From the NCBI GenBank assembly GCA_043767805.1, contig JAYUGC010000010.1, positions 1-18,566 on the forward strand: a stretch of DNA of 18,566 bases, written 5' to 3'. This DNA comes from Pseudomonadota bacterium. GTDB taxonomy: Bacteria > Bdellovibrionota > FAC87 > UBA2466. Each line of letters opens with the position of its first letter. Position 1 is the stretch's first letter. A program made the position numbers and the translations under genes. The notes under the pieces are model-generated. The model did not search any database. It was given only the letters and a program-made list of their open reading frames with translations, and had not been told where the DNA came from. Positions 7,046 through 15,397 of the stretch are shown piece after piece.

Positions 7046-9500
7046 AAATGAACTTTCGCAGGCTTTTGCCTTCCATGAACTGAATCACTTTAGCCATGGC
7101 GAGCACTCGTTCCTGAATTTGATCTTGGGTCAGGCCCTTCGGCATTTGTACCTTGTCGCGCACTTTACCGTTCACCTGGACGATGAGTGTGTAAGAGTCT
7201 TCGACCAGGAGATCCGCGCGGAACTTCGGCCAGACTTCGAGCGCGAGGCGGGTCTTCTTCCCCAGCCCTTCCCAGAGCTCTTCGGCGACATGCGGCGCGA
7301 AGGGCGCGAGACAAAGGAGCAAGAGCTCCACCGCTTCTCGGAGCACCCGCGAGCCCGCCTCGGAATCGAGCGCGGTCTTGTCTTTTTCGATGAGGCTGAA
7401 GATCTCGTTCACGAGCTCCATGCAGGCGCTGATCGCCACGTTGAACTTGAACGACTCGATGTCTTCGGTGACTTTCTTGGTCATCCAGTGCGCTTTACGG
7501 CGCACCACCAATAGTTTCTCGTCGAGCGAGTCCGGAACGGGCCCGACGCCTTTTTCGAGCTGGGCCTGGAAGTGGGAGCAAAGGCGCCACACGCGGCCGA
7601 TGAAACGGTTACAGCCTTCGACGCCCTTCTCGTTCCAATCGAGATCTTTTTCGACGGGCGCGGCGAACAGGCAAAAGAGCCGCGCCGTATCGGCGCCGTA
7701 ACGCTCGATGATCGACGAAGGCGTCACCACGTTGCCCTTCGACTTGGACATCTTCGCGCCGTCTTTAATCACCATGCCTTGGGTCAGCAAGGAAGCGAAA
7801 GGCTCGTCGCCGGAGAGATAACCCCAGTCACGCAAAACTTTGTGAAAGAAGCGCGCGTAGAGCAAATGCATGCACGCGTGCTCGATGCCGCCGATGTAGC
7901 AATCGACCGGGAGCCAAGCGTCCGCCGCCTCCTTATTGACGGGACCCTTGTCGTAGCGAGGGCTGGTGAAACGCGCGTAGTACCAGGAAGACTCCACGAA
8001 AGTATCCATGGTGTCCGTTTCCCGGCGCGCGGGACCGCCGCATTTCGGGCATGTGGTCTTCTTGAAAGTCGGATGATGATCGAGCGGATTTCCCGTGAGG
8101 CCTTTGAACTGAATGTCGGTCGGGAGCTCCACCGGCAGGTCTTTTTCGGGAACGAGCACGGTACCGTCTTTGTCGCAGTAGATGACGGGTACGGGCGAGC
8201 CCCAGTACCGCTGACGGCTGACGCCCCAGTCGCGCAAGCGATACTGGATCGTCTTCTGTCCCGTGCCCTGCGAGGCCAAGGTCTCGGCGATTTTCGTCTT
8301 CGCGGCCTCGCTATCCAAGCCCGTGAACTCGGCGCTGTTGACCAGCTTTCCGAGCGCCGTGAACGCTTCGCCTTCTTTCGGCTTCGACCCATCGGCCGGC
8401 ACGATGACCGTTTCGATGGGAAGATTGTGCGCCGACGCGAACTCGTAATCTCTCTGATCGTGCGCGGGAACCGCCATGACGGCGCCCGTTCCGTAATCCA
8501 TGACGACGAAGTCACCGACCCAAACGGGAACCTTGCGGCCCGTGACGGGATGAAGCGCATAGCTACCCGTGAAAAATCCTTTTTTCGTCGTGGGAGCGGC
8601 GTCTCTAGGACGTCCCAGGACTTCCTGCTTGATGGCGGCGAGAGTCTGCTTGCCGCCCGGTACCGTCGTCAAAGTCTCGGCGAGCGGATGAGCCGCGGCG
8701 ATGGTGACGAAGGTCACGCCGAAGAGCGTGTCCGCGCGGGTGGTGAAGATCTCGATGGACTCTTTTCCGCCCTCCAGCCGAAACTGCATGCGGCAACCTA
8801 CGCTCTCGCCGATCCAATACTTCTGCATGTCGAGAACACGCTCGGGCCACTTGCCCTTTAACTGCTCGTGCCCCGAGAGGAGCTGGTCGGCGTAGTCGGT
8901 GATCTTGAAGTACCACTGAGACAATTCCTTTTGCAGGACCTTCGAGTCGCAGCGCCAGCACAGGCCGTCTTGCACCTGTTCGTTGGCCAAAACCGTTTCG
9001 CACTTGGGGCACCAGTTCACAAAACCGGTCTTCTTATAAGCGAGGCCCTTCTCGTAGAACTCGCGGAAAAGCCGCTGCTCCCAGCGGAAGTACTCAGGGA
9101 GACAGGTCGCGATTTCCCGATCCCAATCGTAGGAGATACCCATCGATTTCAATTCGAGGTTCATCTGCGCGATATTTTGGAGCGTCCATTCCCGAGGATG
9201 GACGCCGCGCGACAAGGCCGCGTTCTCGGCGGGAAGGCCGAAGGCGTCCCAGCCGATGGGCTGCATGACGTTAAAGCCCAGCATCCGGCGGTAACGGCTG
9301 GTCACATCGCCGATGGAATAGTTGCGGACGTGGCCCATATGGATGGCGCCCGAGGGGTACGGGAACATGGAAAGGCAGTAGTATTTAGGCCGTTTCAGGG
9401 GGTCATTGGCCGGGTCGACCGCCTTGAAAACCTTTTCTTTCTCCCATACTTGTTGCCACTTGCCTTCAATGGCCCTCGGATCGTAGGTTTCCGCTATCAT
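7008..9500 (-). CDS. leuS: Leucine--tRNA ligase
   Basis: MFPYPSG..HMGH, GWDAFGLPAENAA, editing-domain FTTRADT and GTGAVMAVPAHDQRD, KMSKSKGN, C-terminal VQVNGKVR. Confidence 0.98.
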   Translation of the reverse strand: MIAETYDPRAIEGKWQQVWEKEKVFKAVDPANDPLKRPKYYCLSMFPYPSGAIHMGHVRNYSIGDVTSRYRRMLGFNVMQPIGWDAFGLPAENAALSRGVHPREWTLQNIAQMNLELKSMGISYDWDREIATCLPEYFRWEQRLFREFYEKGLAYKKTGFVNWCPKCETVLANEQVQDGLCWRCDSKVLQKELSQWYFKITDYADQLLSGHEQLKGKWPERVLDMQKYWIGESVGCRMQFRLEGGKESIEIFTTRADTLFGVTFVTIAAAHPLAETLTTVPGGKQTLAAIKQEVLGRPRDAAPTTKKGFFTGSYALHPVTGRKVPVWVGDFVVMDYGTGAVMAVPAHDQRDYEFASAHNLPIETVIVPADGSKPKEGEAFTALGKLVNSAEFTGLDSEAAKTKIAETLASQGTGQKTIQYRLRDWGVSRQRYWGSPVPVIYCDKDGTVLVPEKDLPVELPTDIQFKGLTGNPLDHHPTFKKTTCPKCGGPARRETDTMDTFVESSWYYARFTSPRYDKGPVNKEAADAWLPVDCYIGGIEHACMHLLYARFFHKVLRDWGYLSGDEPFASLLTQGMVIKDGAKMSKSKGNVVTPSSIIERYGADTARLFCLFAAPVEKDLDWNEKGVEGCNRFIGRVWRLCSHFQAQLEKGVGPVPDSLDEKLLVVRRKAHWMTKKVTEDIESFKFNVAISACMELVNEIFSLIEKDKTALDSEAGSRVLREAVELLLLCLAPFAPHVAEELWEGLGKKTRLALEVWPKFRADLLVEDSYTLIVQVNGKVRDKVQMPKGLTQDQIQERVLAMAKVIQFMEGKSLRKFIYVPEKIANVVVG

Positions 9501-9570
9501 CTTCTCTCGGTCCTTAAGGAAAAATTTTTCGCGAGTCTAGCTGAGGGAGGTGCCCTTGAGGAGGGGAAAC

Positions 9571-10749
9571 ATGCAGGAAACCGTGATCGTCTCCGCCGCC
9601 CGCACTCCGATTGGCGCGTTTCAAGGCGCCTTTAAGGACATTTCCGGTCCGAAACTGGGCGGAATGGCCATCAAAGAAGCGCTCTCCAGAGCCAAAATCG
9701 ACCCCGAGATTATCGACGAAACGTTGATGGGCTGCGTACTCGCCGCCGGCGTGGGCCAAGCCCCCGCCCGTCAGGCCGCCCTCGCCGCCGGGCTCCCCAC
9801 TTCAATCCGCTGCACCACCGTGAACCGAGTTTGCGGAAGCGGTTTGAAGACGGTCATGCTCGCGAGCCAGATGATTCAGTGCGAGGACGCCAAATGGGTC
9901 GTTGCCGGCGGCATGGAGAACATGAGCCGCACTCCTTACCTTTTAGAGAAAGCCCGCGAAGGCTATCGCCTCGGCCACGGCAAGCTCATCGATTCGCTCA
10001 TCACCGACGGGCTTTGGGACGTCTACAACGACACCCACATGGGCAATTGCGCGGAACTTTGCGCGAAGGAAAAGAAGATCTCGCGCGAGGATCAAGATCG
10101 CTACGCGATCCAAAGTTATCAGCGCGCGCTCGCCGCCGTACAGGGCGGAAAATTCAAAAACGAAATCGTCGGCGTCGAAGTGAAAGATCGCAGTGGCGCG
10201 AAACTCATCGATGTCGATGAAGAGCCTTTTAAAGCGAAACTCGATAAGTTCGGGGAGCTTCGGCCCGCGTTCGACAAAGCCGGCACGGTGACGGCCGCTA
10301 ACGCGAGCTCGCTTTCGGACGGCGCCGCCGCCCTCGTTTTGACCTCTCGTCAGGAAGCCGATCGCGCGGGGCTAAAACCCCTCGCCCGCATCGTCGCTCA
10401 AGAGAGCCACGCGCAAGCGCCCGAATGGTTCACCACCGCGCCGGTCGGCGCGATTCAAAAGCTGCTTAAAAAAGCGAACCTCACCGCAAAAGACATCGAT
10501 CAGTTCGAGATCAACGAAGCGTTCGCCGTCGTCGCTTTGGCTTGCGTGCGCGAGCTCGGGCTTTCCGAAGAAAAGGTAAATACCCGCGGAGGCGCCATCG
10601 CCCTCGGCCATCCCATTGGCGCGAGCGGTAGCCGCATTCTGGTAACGCTGCTGCACTCCCTTAGGGACGCCAAACAGCGTTTCGGCGTGGCGTCGCTTTG
10701 CATCGGCGGAGGAGAAGCTTCCGCTCTCCTCATCGAGGCCCTTTATTAG
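9571..10749 (+). CDS. Acetyl-CoA C-acetyltransferase (thiolase)
   Basis: SAARTPIG, catalytic [26 protein letters not shown]; strong SD GAGGAGGGG before ATG 9571 (ORF track extends to GTG 9550). Confidence 0.95.
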   Translation: MQETVIVSAARTPIGAFQGAFKDISGPKLGGMAIKEALSRAKIDPEIIDETLMGCVLAAGVGQAPARQAALAAGLPTSIRCTTVNRVCGSGLKTVMLASQMIQCEDAKWVVAGGMENMSRTPYLLEKAREGYRLGHGKLIDSLITDGLWDVYNDTHMGNCAELCAKEKKISREDQDRYAIQSYQRALAAVQGGKFKNEIVGVEVKDRSGAKLIDVDEEPFKAKLDKFGELRPAFDKAGTVTAANASSLSDGAAALVLTSRQEADRAGLKPLARIVAQESHAQAPEWFTTAPVGAIQKLLKKANLTAKDIDQFEINEAFAVVALACVRELGLSEEKVNTRGGAIALGHPIGASGSRILVTLLHSLRDAKQRFGVASLCIGGGEASALLIEALY

Positions 10750-11020
10750 CCGAGCGACCTCAAGCCGCGACAAGCTCGAAGCGAAGTGGCGCGCCGTCGC
10801 AGGCAACCGGCTCGTTCGGGAACGAACGCTCGCCGACGGTTACGACAGCCTCTGGGAAACCGAAACGGGGGCGAAGGGCCGGCTTTCCGCGGCCGAGCGG
10901 ATTCGCTTTCACGTTTTGCACCGAGAGTTCTGGGGCACCGGCATGCCGGGACTAAGCCACGCGGTTCAAGCCGCCCGGGTGGTGCTCACTCAGATCAAGC
11001 GCAGGTTTCCCTTCCGATGA
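10745..11020 (+). CDS. Unannotated 91-aa hypothetical protein with a probable non-canonical ATT start
   Basis: An open frame fills the whole thiolase-GT4 gap: ATT overlaps the thiolase stop, GAGG lies 6 nt upstream, and its TGA forms an ATGA overlap with the GT4 start. Translation: [40 protein letters not shown]...VVLTQIKRRFPFR. Confidence 0.5.
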   Translation: MSRATSSRDKLEAKWRAVAGNRLVRERTLADGYDSLWETETGAKGRLSAAERIRFHVLHREFWGTGMPGLSHAVQAARVVLTQIKRRFPFR

Positions 11021-12135
11021 GCGGACAGCGGATCATCATTCATCAGTTCCATCCTCACGTGACGTTTGGAGACGCCATTACCCAGCAGATGTTTCTCATC
11101 CGCGAGAATCTGCACCGCACGGGAATCGGAGGCGAGATCTTCGCGAAACATTGGAAGGGATTATCCCGGGCCACGGTACGCCCTTTCTCCCGCGCCGAGA
11201 TGTGGAACGCGGACTTGCTTCTCGTACATCATTCTTCGGGCGATCCCGGCATGGAGGAGGTCCGCCAGCTCGAAGTGCCGAAGGCCCTCGTCTATCACAA
11301 CATCACCCCGCCGGAATTCTTCCGCCACGATCCATTCATCGCCAACCTTTGCCGCTCGGGTAGAGAGCAGCTGAAGGAATGGAAAAGCTCCGTCATCACC
11401 GCTTTCGCCGACTCGCGTTTTAACGCCGACGAGCTCATGGCTCTCGGGTACGACCAGCCGGAACTTCTGCCGCTCCTCGACTTATCGTCGATAACTCCGG
11501 AGACGCGCAAATCGAAGCCGGTCGCGGGAAACTTGCTTTTCGTGGGCCGTATCAGCCCGCACAAAAATCAGGCCGCGCTCATCGCCTGTGTCTACTATTT
11601 GAAGCGGATGACCAATCGCCCTTACCGGCTGACGCTCGTCGGCTCGGGCGATCCGGTTTACGGCGAGTACTTGCGCCTACTCGCCAAGCAACTCGGCTTG
11701 GAAGGCGACGTCGAGTTCGTGGGCAAGGCTTCCCACGCCAACCTTTTCAAGTTTTACCAAAGCACGGATGCTTATGTGTCAGCGAGCCTTCACGAAGGCT
11801 TCGGCGTGCCGCTGGTGGAAGCCATGCGTTTTGACGTTCCGGTGTTCGCGCTGCCTCGCGCGGCCGTCAGCGAAACTATGGGCAGCGCGGGCGTGCGCCT
11901 ACCGTCCCCAAAACCCAGCGAAATGGCCGCGTTCCTCGAGGGGGCCCTCGGCGCCTCGGATTGGGCGGCAAACCGCGCGGAGCTCGTGGAAGGACAACGG
12001 CTTCGTCTCCATGAGCTGACCGAGGAACAATCGGGCGAGCGCATCGCCGAACGCCTGAGACCTTGGATCGATCACCTTCGTTTAGGACCCCGGGCTCCGG
12101 CCCGACCGACCTTGGAGCCTACCCTTGTCCGATGA
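11017..12135 (+). CDS. Glycosyltransferase family 4 (GT-B fold)
   Basis: IHQFHPHVTFGDAITQQ, VYHNITPPEFF, LFVGRISPHKNQ, EX7E motif HEGFGVPLVEA. Homology-like sequence begins at ATG 11017, not GTG 10786. Confidence 0.9.
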   Translation: MSGQRIIIHQFHPHVTFGDAITQQMFLIRENLHRTGIGGEIFAKHWKGLSRATVRPFSRAEMWNADLLLVHHSSGDPGMEEVRQLEVPKALVYHNITPPEFFRHDPFIANLCRSGREQLKEWKSSVITAFADSRFNADELMALGYDQPELLPLLDLSSITPETRKSKPVAGNLLFVGRISPHKNQAALIACVYYLKRMTNRPYRLTLVGSGDPVYGEYLRLLAKQLGLEGDVEFVGKASHANLFKFYQSTDAYVSASLHEGFGVPLVEAMRFDVPVFALPRAAVSETMGSAGVRLPSPKPSEMAAFLEGALGASDWAANRAELVEGQRLRLHELTEEQSGERIAERLRPWIDHLRLGPRAPARPTLEPTLVR

Positions 12136-12673
12136 CCGTCAAAAATTGATCGCGACGCTCGAGCATTACCGCAAGCGATCGGACGAGCACCAAAAGCATT
12201 TCGCCGATCAGCTCATCGATCTCGCGCGCACGGAAAGCCGGGCGTCCTTTCGCGATTGTTTCCCGGCTCACCTCACCGCTTCCGCTCTCATTACGGATGG
12301 CGACGGCGAGCGAGTCCTTCTCTGCCATCATCGAAAATTGAATAAGTGGCTCCAGCTGGGGGGACACGCCGACGGAAGCTGGGACATCGCGGGCGCGGCT
12401 TTAAGAGAAGCGCAAGAAGAGAGCGGGCTCACTGATCTAAGGTGGCGGATCAGTAAGGATCCAGTCGATCTGGACATTCATCTGATTCCCGCCCGGAAAG
12501 ACGAGCCCGAGCACTGGCACTACGACATACGCTTTCTTTTAGTAGCGCCCTGCCCGGAGTCCATTCAGGTTTCTTCCGAGTCCTTGTCCTTGCGATGGGT
12601 GGGTAAGAACGAGGCCTATGAGCTCGCCCAGGAGCCGGCCCTCCATCGGATGTTCGACCTACTCTGGAGATAG
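12125..12673 (+). CDS. NUDIX hydrolase
   Basis: HLTASALI, HHRKLNKWLQLGGHADG, Nudix box ALREAQEESGL, HWHYDIRF; TTG start with GGAG SD, overlapping the GT4 end. Confidence 0.92.
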   Translation: MSDDRQKLIATLEHYRKRSDEHQKHFADQLIDLARTESRASFRDCFPAHLTASALITDGDGERVLLCHHRKLNKWLQLGGHADGSWDIAGAALREAQEESGLTDLRWRISKDPVDLDIHLIPARKDEPEHWHYDIRFLLVAPCPESIQVSSESLSLRWVGKNEAYELAQEPALHRMFDLLWR

Positions 12674-12678
12674 CAAAA

Positions 12679-12720
12679 CGTCCGTCTCCTGGACGCCTGC
12701 CCATAGGATTGGACAGTTTT
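12679..12720 (+). terminator. Possible weak intrinsic terminator after the Nudix gene
   Basis: Hairpins CGTCC/GGACG (12679-12695) and CTGCCCA/TGGACAG (12697-12716, one mismatch) followed by TTTT. Confidence 0.3.
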
Positions 12721-12845
12721 CGAACCGAGGCCGTTGTATACGCGAAATACAGACATTAAGATGCTGTAAATACTAGGTTATTCAGCCAGTTGACTTGCCC
12801 TATACAGAGGCGAGTGGCCCCCCGGTTGCATTGATAGACTCCTGG

Positions 12846-13355
12846 ATGACTCGTTTTCTCTCTATTTTGCTGCTTCTCGGGATGGCCGGCGTCCCCGCAT
12901 GGGCGAACTCCACGGCCGATCACGACAAGGATCCTCAGTGGGACCAGATGCGCCGTATTTACGACGCTCGCGTCACCGCCAACGCCGAAGCCTCCTATTA
13001 TCCGGTCATTAAGGAGATGGCGGCCCGGCTCAGTCAGATCACCACCGAAGCCGGAATGGAATTCTTCTTCTCGGCTCTCGATCAAAAGGTATCCAAAGCT
13101 TCGGCCAGAGCTCTGGTATTCGCGCGCATCGCGGAGCTCAGCGGCTACTCGCTCGCCGAAAGAGACCACGCCAAGCTTCTCTATAACCGGCATTTGGCCC
13201 AAACCGGAGCCGCCTCTCTCATGCCTCAGCTCGCTGGAATCGGCGAGGGAAGCACCGCTGTGAATTTGCTGCAACGCAGCTTTGGCAGCGAAATCCCGGG
13301 ACAGATTTCTCAGCCGCCCGCGTCGACCCCCTTCCGCGGCTTCCCGCGTCGTTAA
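12846..13355 (+). CDS. Secreted hypothetical protein (~169 aa)
   Basis: From ATG 12846 a typical signal peptide MTRFLSILLLLGMAGVPAWA (AxA cleavage site); mature part looks helical; no recognisable family. Confidence 0.7.
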   Translation: MTRFLSILLLLGMAGVPAWANSTADHDKDPQWDQMRRIYDARVTANAEASYYPVIKEMAARLSQITTEAGMEFFFSALDQKVSKASARALVFARIAELSGYSLAERDHAKLLYNRHLAQTGAASLMPQLAGIGEGSTAVNLLQRSFGSEIPGQISQPPASTPFRGFPRR

Positions 13356-13409
13356 CCTTCCAGATTCCGTTAACTTAATAAACCTCAGCGTATTGCCAAA
13401 GTTAGCCCC

Positions 13410-13429
13410 TTAACACCTGCTCTTGTTAA
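13410..13429. promoter_or_regulatory. Dyad TTAACA-N8-TGTTAA, candidate transcription-factor site upstream of the motor operon
   Basis: Perfect 6-bp inverted repeat in the AT-richer 245-nt intergenic region. Confidence 0.35.
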
Positions 13430-13600
13430 GACCTAATCTCCTGTTGACTCAGTCTCCCATATATTGCAACGTGTCGAAATACTAGCTCATCCCAAAACTC
13501 GATTGAGCTTTATATCGGCAAATCAGGTTTTGCGACGGTCCCAAGGGGGGAACGTCGAAGGCAAATTTCGAAGACGTAACTAATAGACGGGGGATTTCCT

Positions 13601-14326
13601 ATGTCGACGGTGCTCCATCATTTCCTAGCGGGCGGCATTTTCATGTGGCCCATTTTGGCGTTCGGCGTAGCCGCCATCGCCCTCATCGTGGAACGCTACA
13701 CCACGGTGTTTATGAAAACGAAGCTCGCGCCCGCGGACTTCCGCCAGAAGGTACTTGGTTACCTCCAGCGCGGTGAGTTCGGCTCGGCCGAAAACTACGT
13801 TCGCTCCGTCAGCCCCCAAGGCCCTCTCACCCGCGTGGTGGAAGTCGGCTGTCACCTGCGCGCCAACGCCGCCGGTGAAGAAGAGCTCCAAGCCCGCATG
13901 GACGAGAAGCTCTCCTCCGAAATCTCCTCGCTGGATAAGCGCGCTGGTTTCTTGGGCATGCTCGGTAACGTGGCGACCCTCCTCGGTCTCCTCGGAACCG
14001 TAAGCGGTATGATCACGTCGTTCGCCGCCGTCGCTTCCGCGAACCCGGCCGACCGCGCGATTCTGCTCTCTCAAGGTATTTCCGAAGCTCTGAACGCTAC
14101 CGCGTTCGGTCTTATCGTTGCGATCCCGTCTCTGGTGGCGTACGCGCTCATCCAGAACAAGACGGATCACATCATCGGGCAGCTCACTGAAGAGTCGTCG
14201 AAGATGTTCCATGACCTCTTGTTCCTCACGGACAAGTCGGGTGCGACGGTTGCGATGGCGAAAGCCGCGCGGACCGAAACGGCTGGCTCGCTGAGCGGAC
14301 TCGCTCCGCAGCCTGCGGGGGCTTAA
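13601..14326 (+). CDS. MotA/TolQ/ExbB proton channel protein, AglR-like
   Basis: GGIFMWPIL TM1, GNVATLLGLLGTVSGMITSF, GISEALNATAFGLIVAIP. Confidence 0.92.
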   Translation: MSTVLHHFLAGGIFMWPILAFGVAAIALIVERYTTVFMKTKLAPADFRQKVLGYLQRGEFGSAENYVRSVSPQGPLTRVVEVGCHLRANAAGEEELQARMDEKLSSEISSLDKRAGFLGMLGNVATLLGLLGTVSGMITSFAAVASANPADRAILLSQGISEALNATAFGLIVAIPSLVAYALIQNKTDHIIGQLTEESSKMFHDLLFLTDKSGATVAMAKAARTETAGSLSGLAPQPAGA

Positions 14327-14329
14327 CCC

Positions 14330-14845
14330 ATGGCAGGCGCGGCAGCCCCAGCGGGTGGGGGAAGAGGTCGCAAGAAGAACCTTAACTTCGACCTGAACCT
14401 CACGCCCTTCATCGACATTCTAGCCATGGCCATCTGCTTCTTGCTGATGACCGCGGTGTGGATCCAAGTAGGCGCTCTGCCCGTAAAGCAGAGTCACGGC
14501 ACGGAAGGTTCCGCCGCCGATACGCTCGACCTGGATCTTAAATTCAAAGGCCCCTTGGCGCTCGACCTTACCCTGACGAAAAAAGGGAAGACGGTCAAAA
14601 AAGCCGCCATTACGGCCGGTAACATGGAAGAGCTTCTACCGAAGCTGGACGCAACCGTTTCCGACTGGCTCAAAGGGCTCACCCCGTCGAATGCCCCGGC
14701 CGGTTTCAAGCCCGGTTCCCTAATCGGTGCTGGAATGGTGACGCCCAAAAGCGGTGTGAGCTACGGCGATCTCGTCGCGGCCATGGACGTACTGAGACAT
14801 CACGAGATCGTGAATCTCGGCGTCGTACCGGTGAGGGAGAACTAA
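14330..14845 (+). CDS. ExbD/TolR family protein, AglQ-like
   Basis: LNLTPFIDILAMAICFLL with the conserved TM Asp; C-terminal VSYGDLVAAMDVLR. Confidence 0.88.
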   Translation: MAGAAAPAGGGRGRKKNLNFDLNLTPFIDILAMAICFLLMTAVWIQVGALPVKQSHGTEGSAADTLDLDLKFKGPLALDLTLTKKGKTVKKAAITAGNMEELLPKLDATVSDWLKGLTPSNAPAGFKPGSLIGAGMVTPKSGVSYGDLVAAMDVLRHHEIVNLGVVPVREN

Positions 14846-15397
14846 ATGCTCACGAATGAGTTCTTAGGACCCAGAACGTTCAACCGGCATCTGCTGCTCC
14901 GCGAAGAAAAGAAGAAGTCTCGGAAGAAGGCCTTGGCCCTCGCTCTGATGCTCACTCCTTTCGTCGACGCCTTTTCGATGCTCGTGATCTTCCTCCTCCA
15001 AACGTTCAACGCTCAGCCCGAGCTCGCCATGATCGCCAAAGGCGTGACCCTTCCCTCCGCGGCCACCGGCCGCGAGCTGAAGGACGCGCCCATCCTGTCC
15101 ATCTCTCCGGAAGAGGTTTACCTCGACCAGAAGACGATCGGAAACGTTCAGGCGCTGCTGAAAAACCCCACGCCTCTCATGGATAAGCTGGGAGAGCTGC
15201 GGGAGCGTTGGATGAAGTCTCACCCGACGGAAACCTTCAAAGGTGAGATTACTCTCCAGGCGCACCAAGCGATCTCGAGCTCGGTCGTATCGCAGTTCAT
15301 GTCGATGCTGCCTAGTCAGCATTATGGGTTGATTCAGCTAGCCGTGCTCTCGGGTGGTAAAGGAGCAGCGGCAGGAAACGCGGGGCAATCGGAATGA
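14846..15397 (+). CDS. Second ExbD/TolR family protein, AglS-like
   Basis: LMLTPFVDAFSMLVIFLLQTF with TM Asp, VTLPSA, FKGEITLQAH. Confidence 0.88.
   Translation: MLTNEFLGPRTFNRHLLLREEKKKSRKKALALALMLTPFVDAFSMLVIFLLQTFNAQPELAMIAKGVTLPSAATGRELKDAPILSISPEEVYLDQKTIGNVQALLKNPTPLMDKLGELRERWMKSHPTETFKGEITLQAHQAISSSVVSQFMSMLPSQHYGLIQLAVLSGGKGAAAGNAGQSE

Noticed and set aside
9511..9530. Overlapping perfect palindromes TCCTTAAGGA and GAAAAATTTTTC in the leuS-thiolase divergent gap
   Set aside because: Short and low-complexity; cannot be assigned to a regulator. The 70-nt gap is also too small for a T-box leader.
10786..11016. 77-aa N-terminal extension of the GT4 ORF in the ORF track
   Set aside because: Arg/Gly-rich, non-protein-like sequence; GT4 motifs begin at ATG 11017 and a different frame explains this gap better.
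12756..13274. 172-aa - strand ORF opposite the secreted hypothetical gene
   Set aside because: The + strand frame has a clean signal peptide and a promoter-like motif; the - strand frame has neither.
13515..13535. GGCA...TTGC as a sigma54 promoter for the motor operon
   Set aside because: GG-to-GC spacing is 13 nt, not the required 10.
13555..13595. GGCAAA...GACGTAA resembling a c-di-GMP-I riboswitch before the motor operon
   Set aside because: The segment between GGCAAA and GACG is too short for the P2 stem with GNRA loop, and there is no room for P3 before the start codon.
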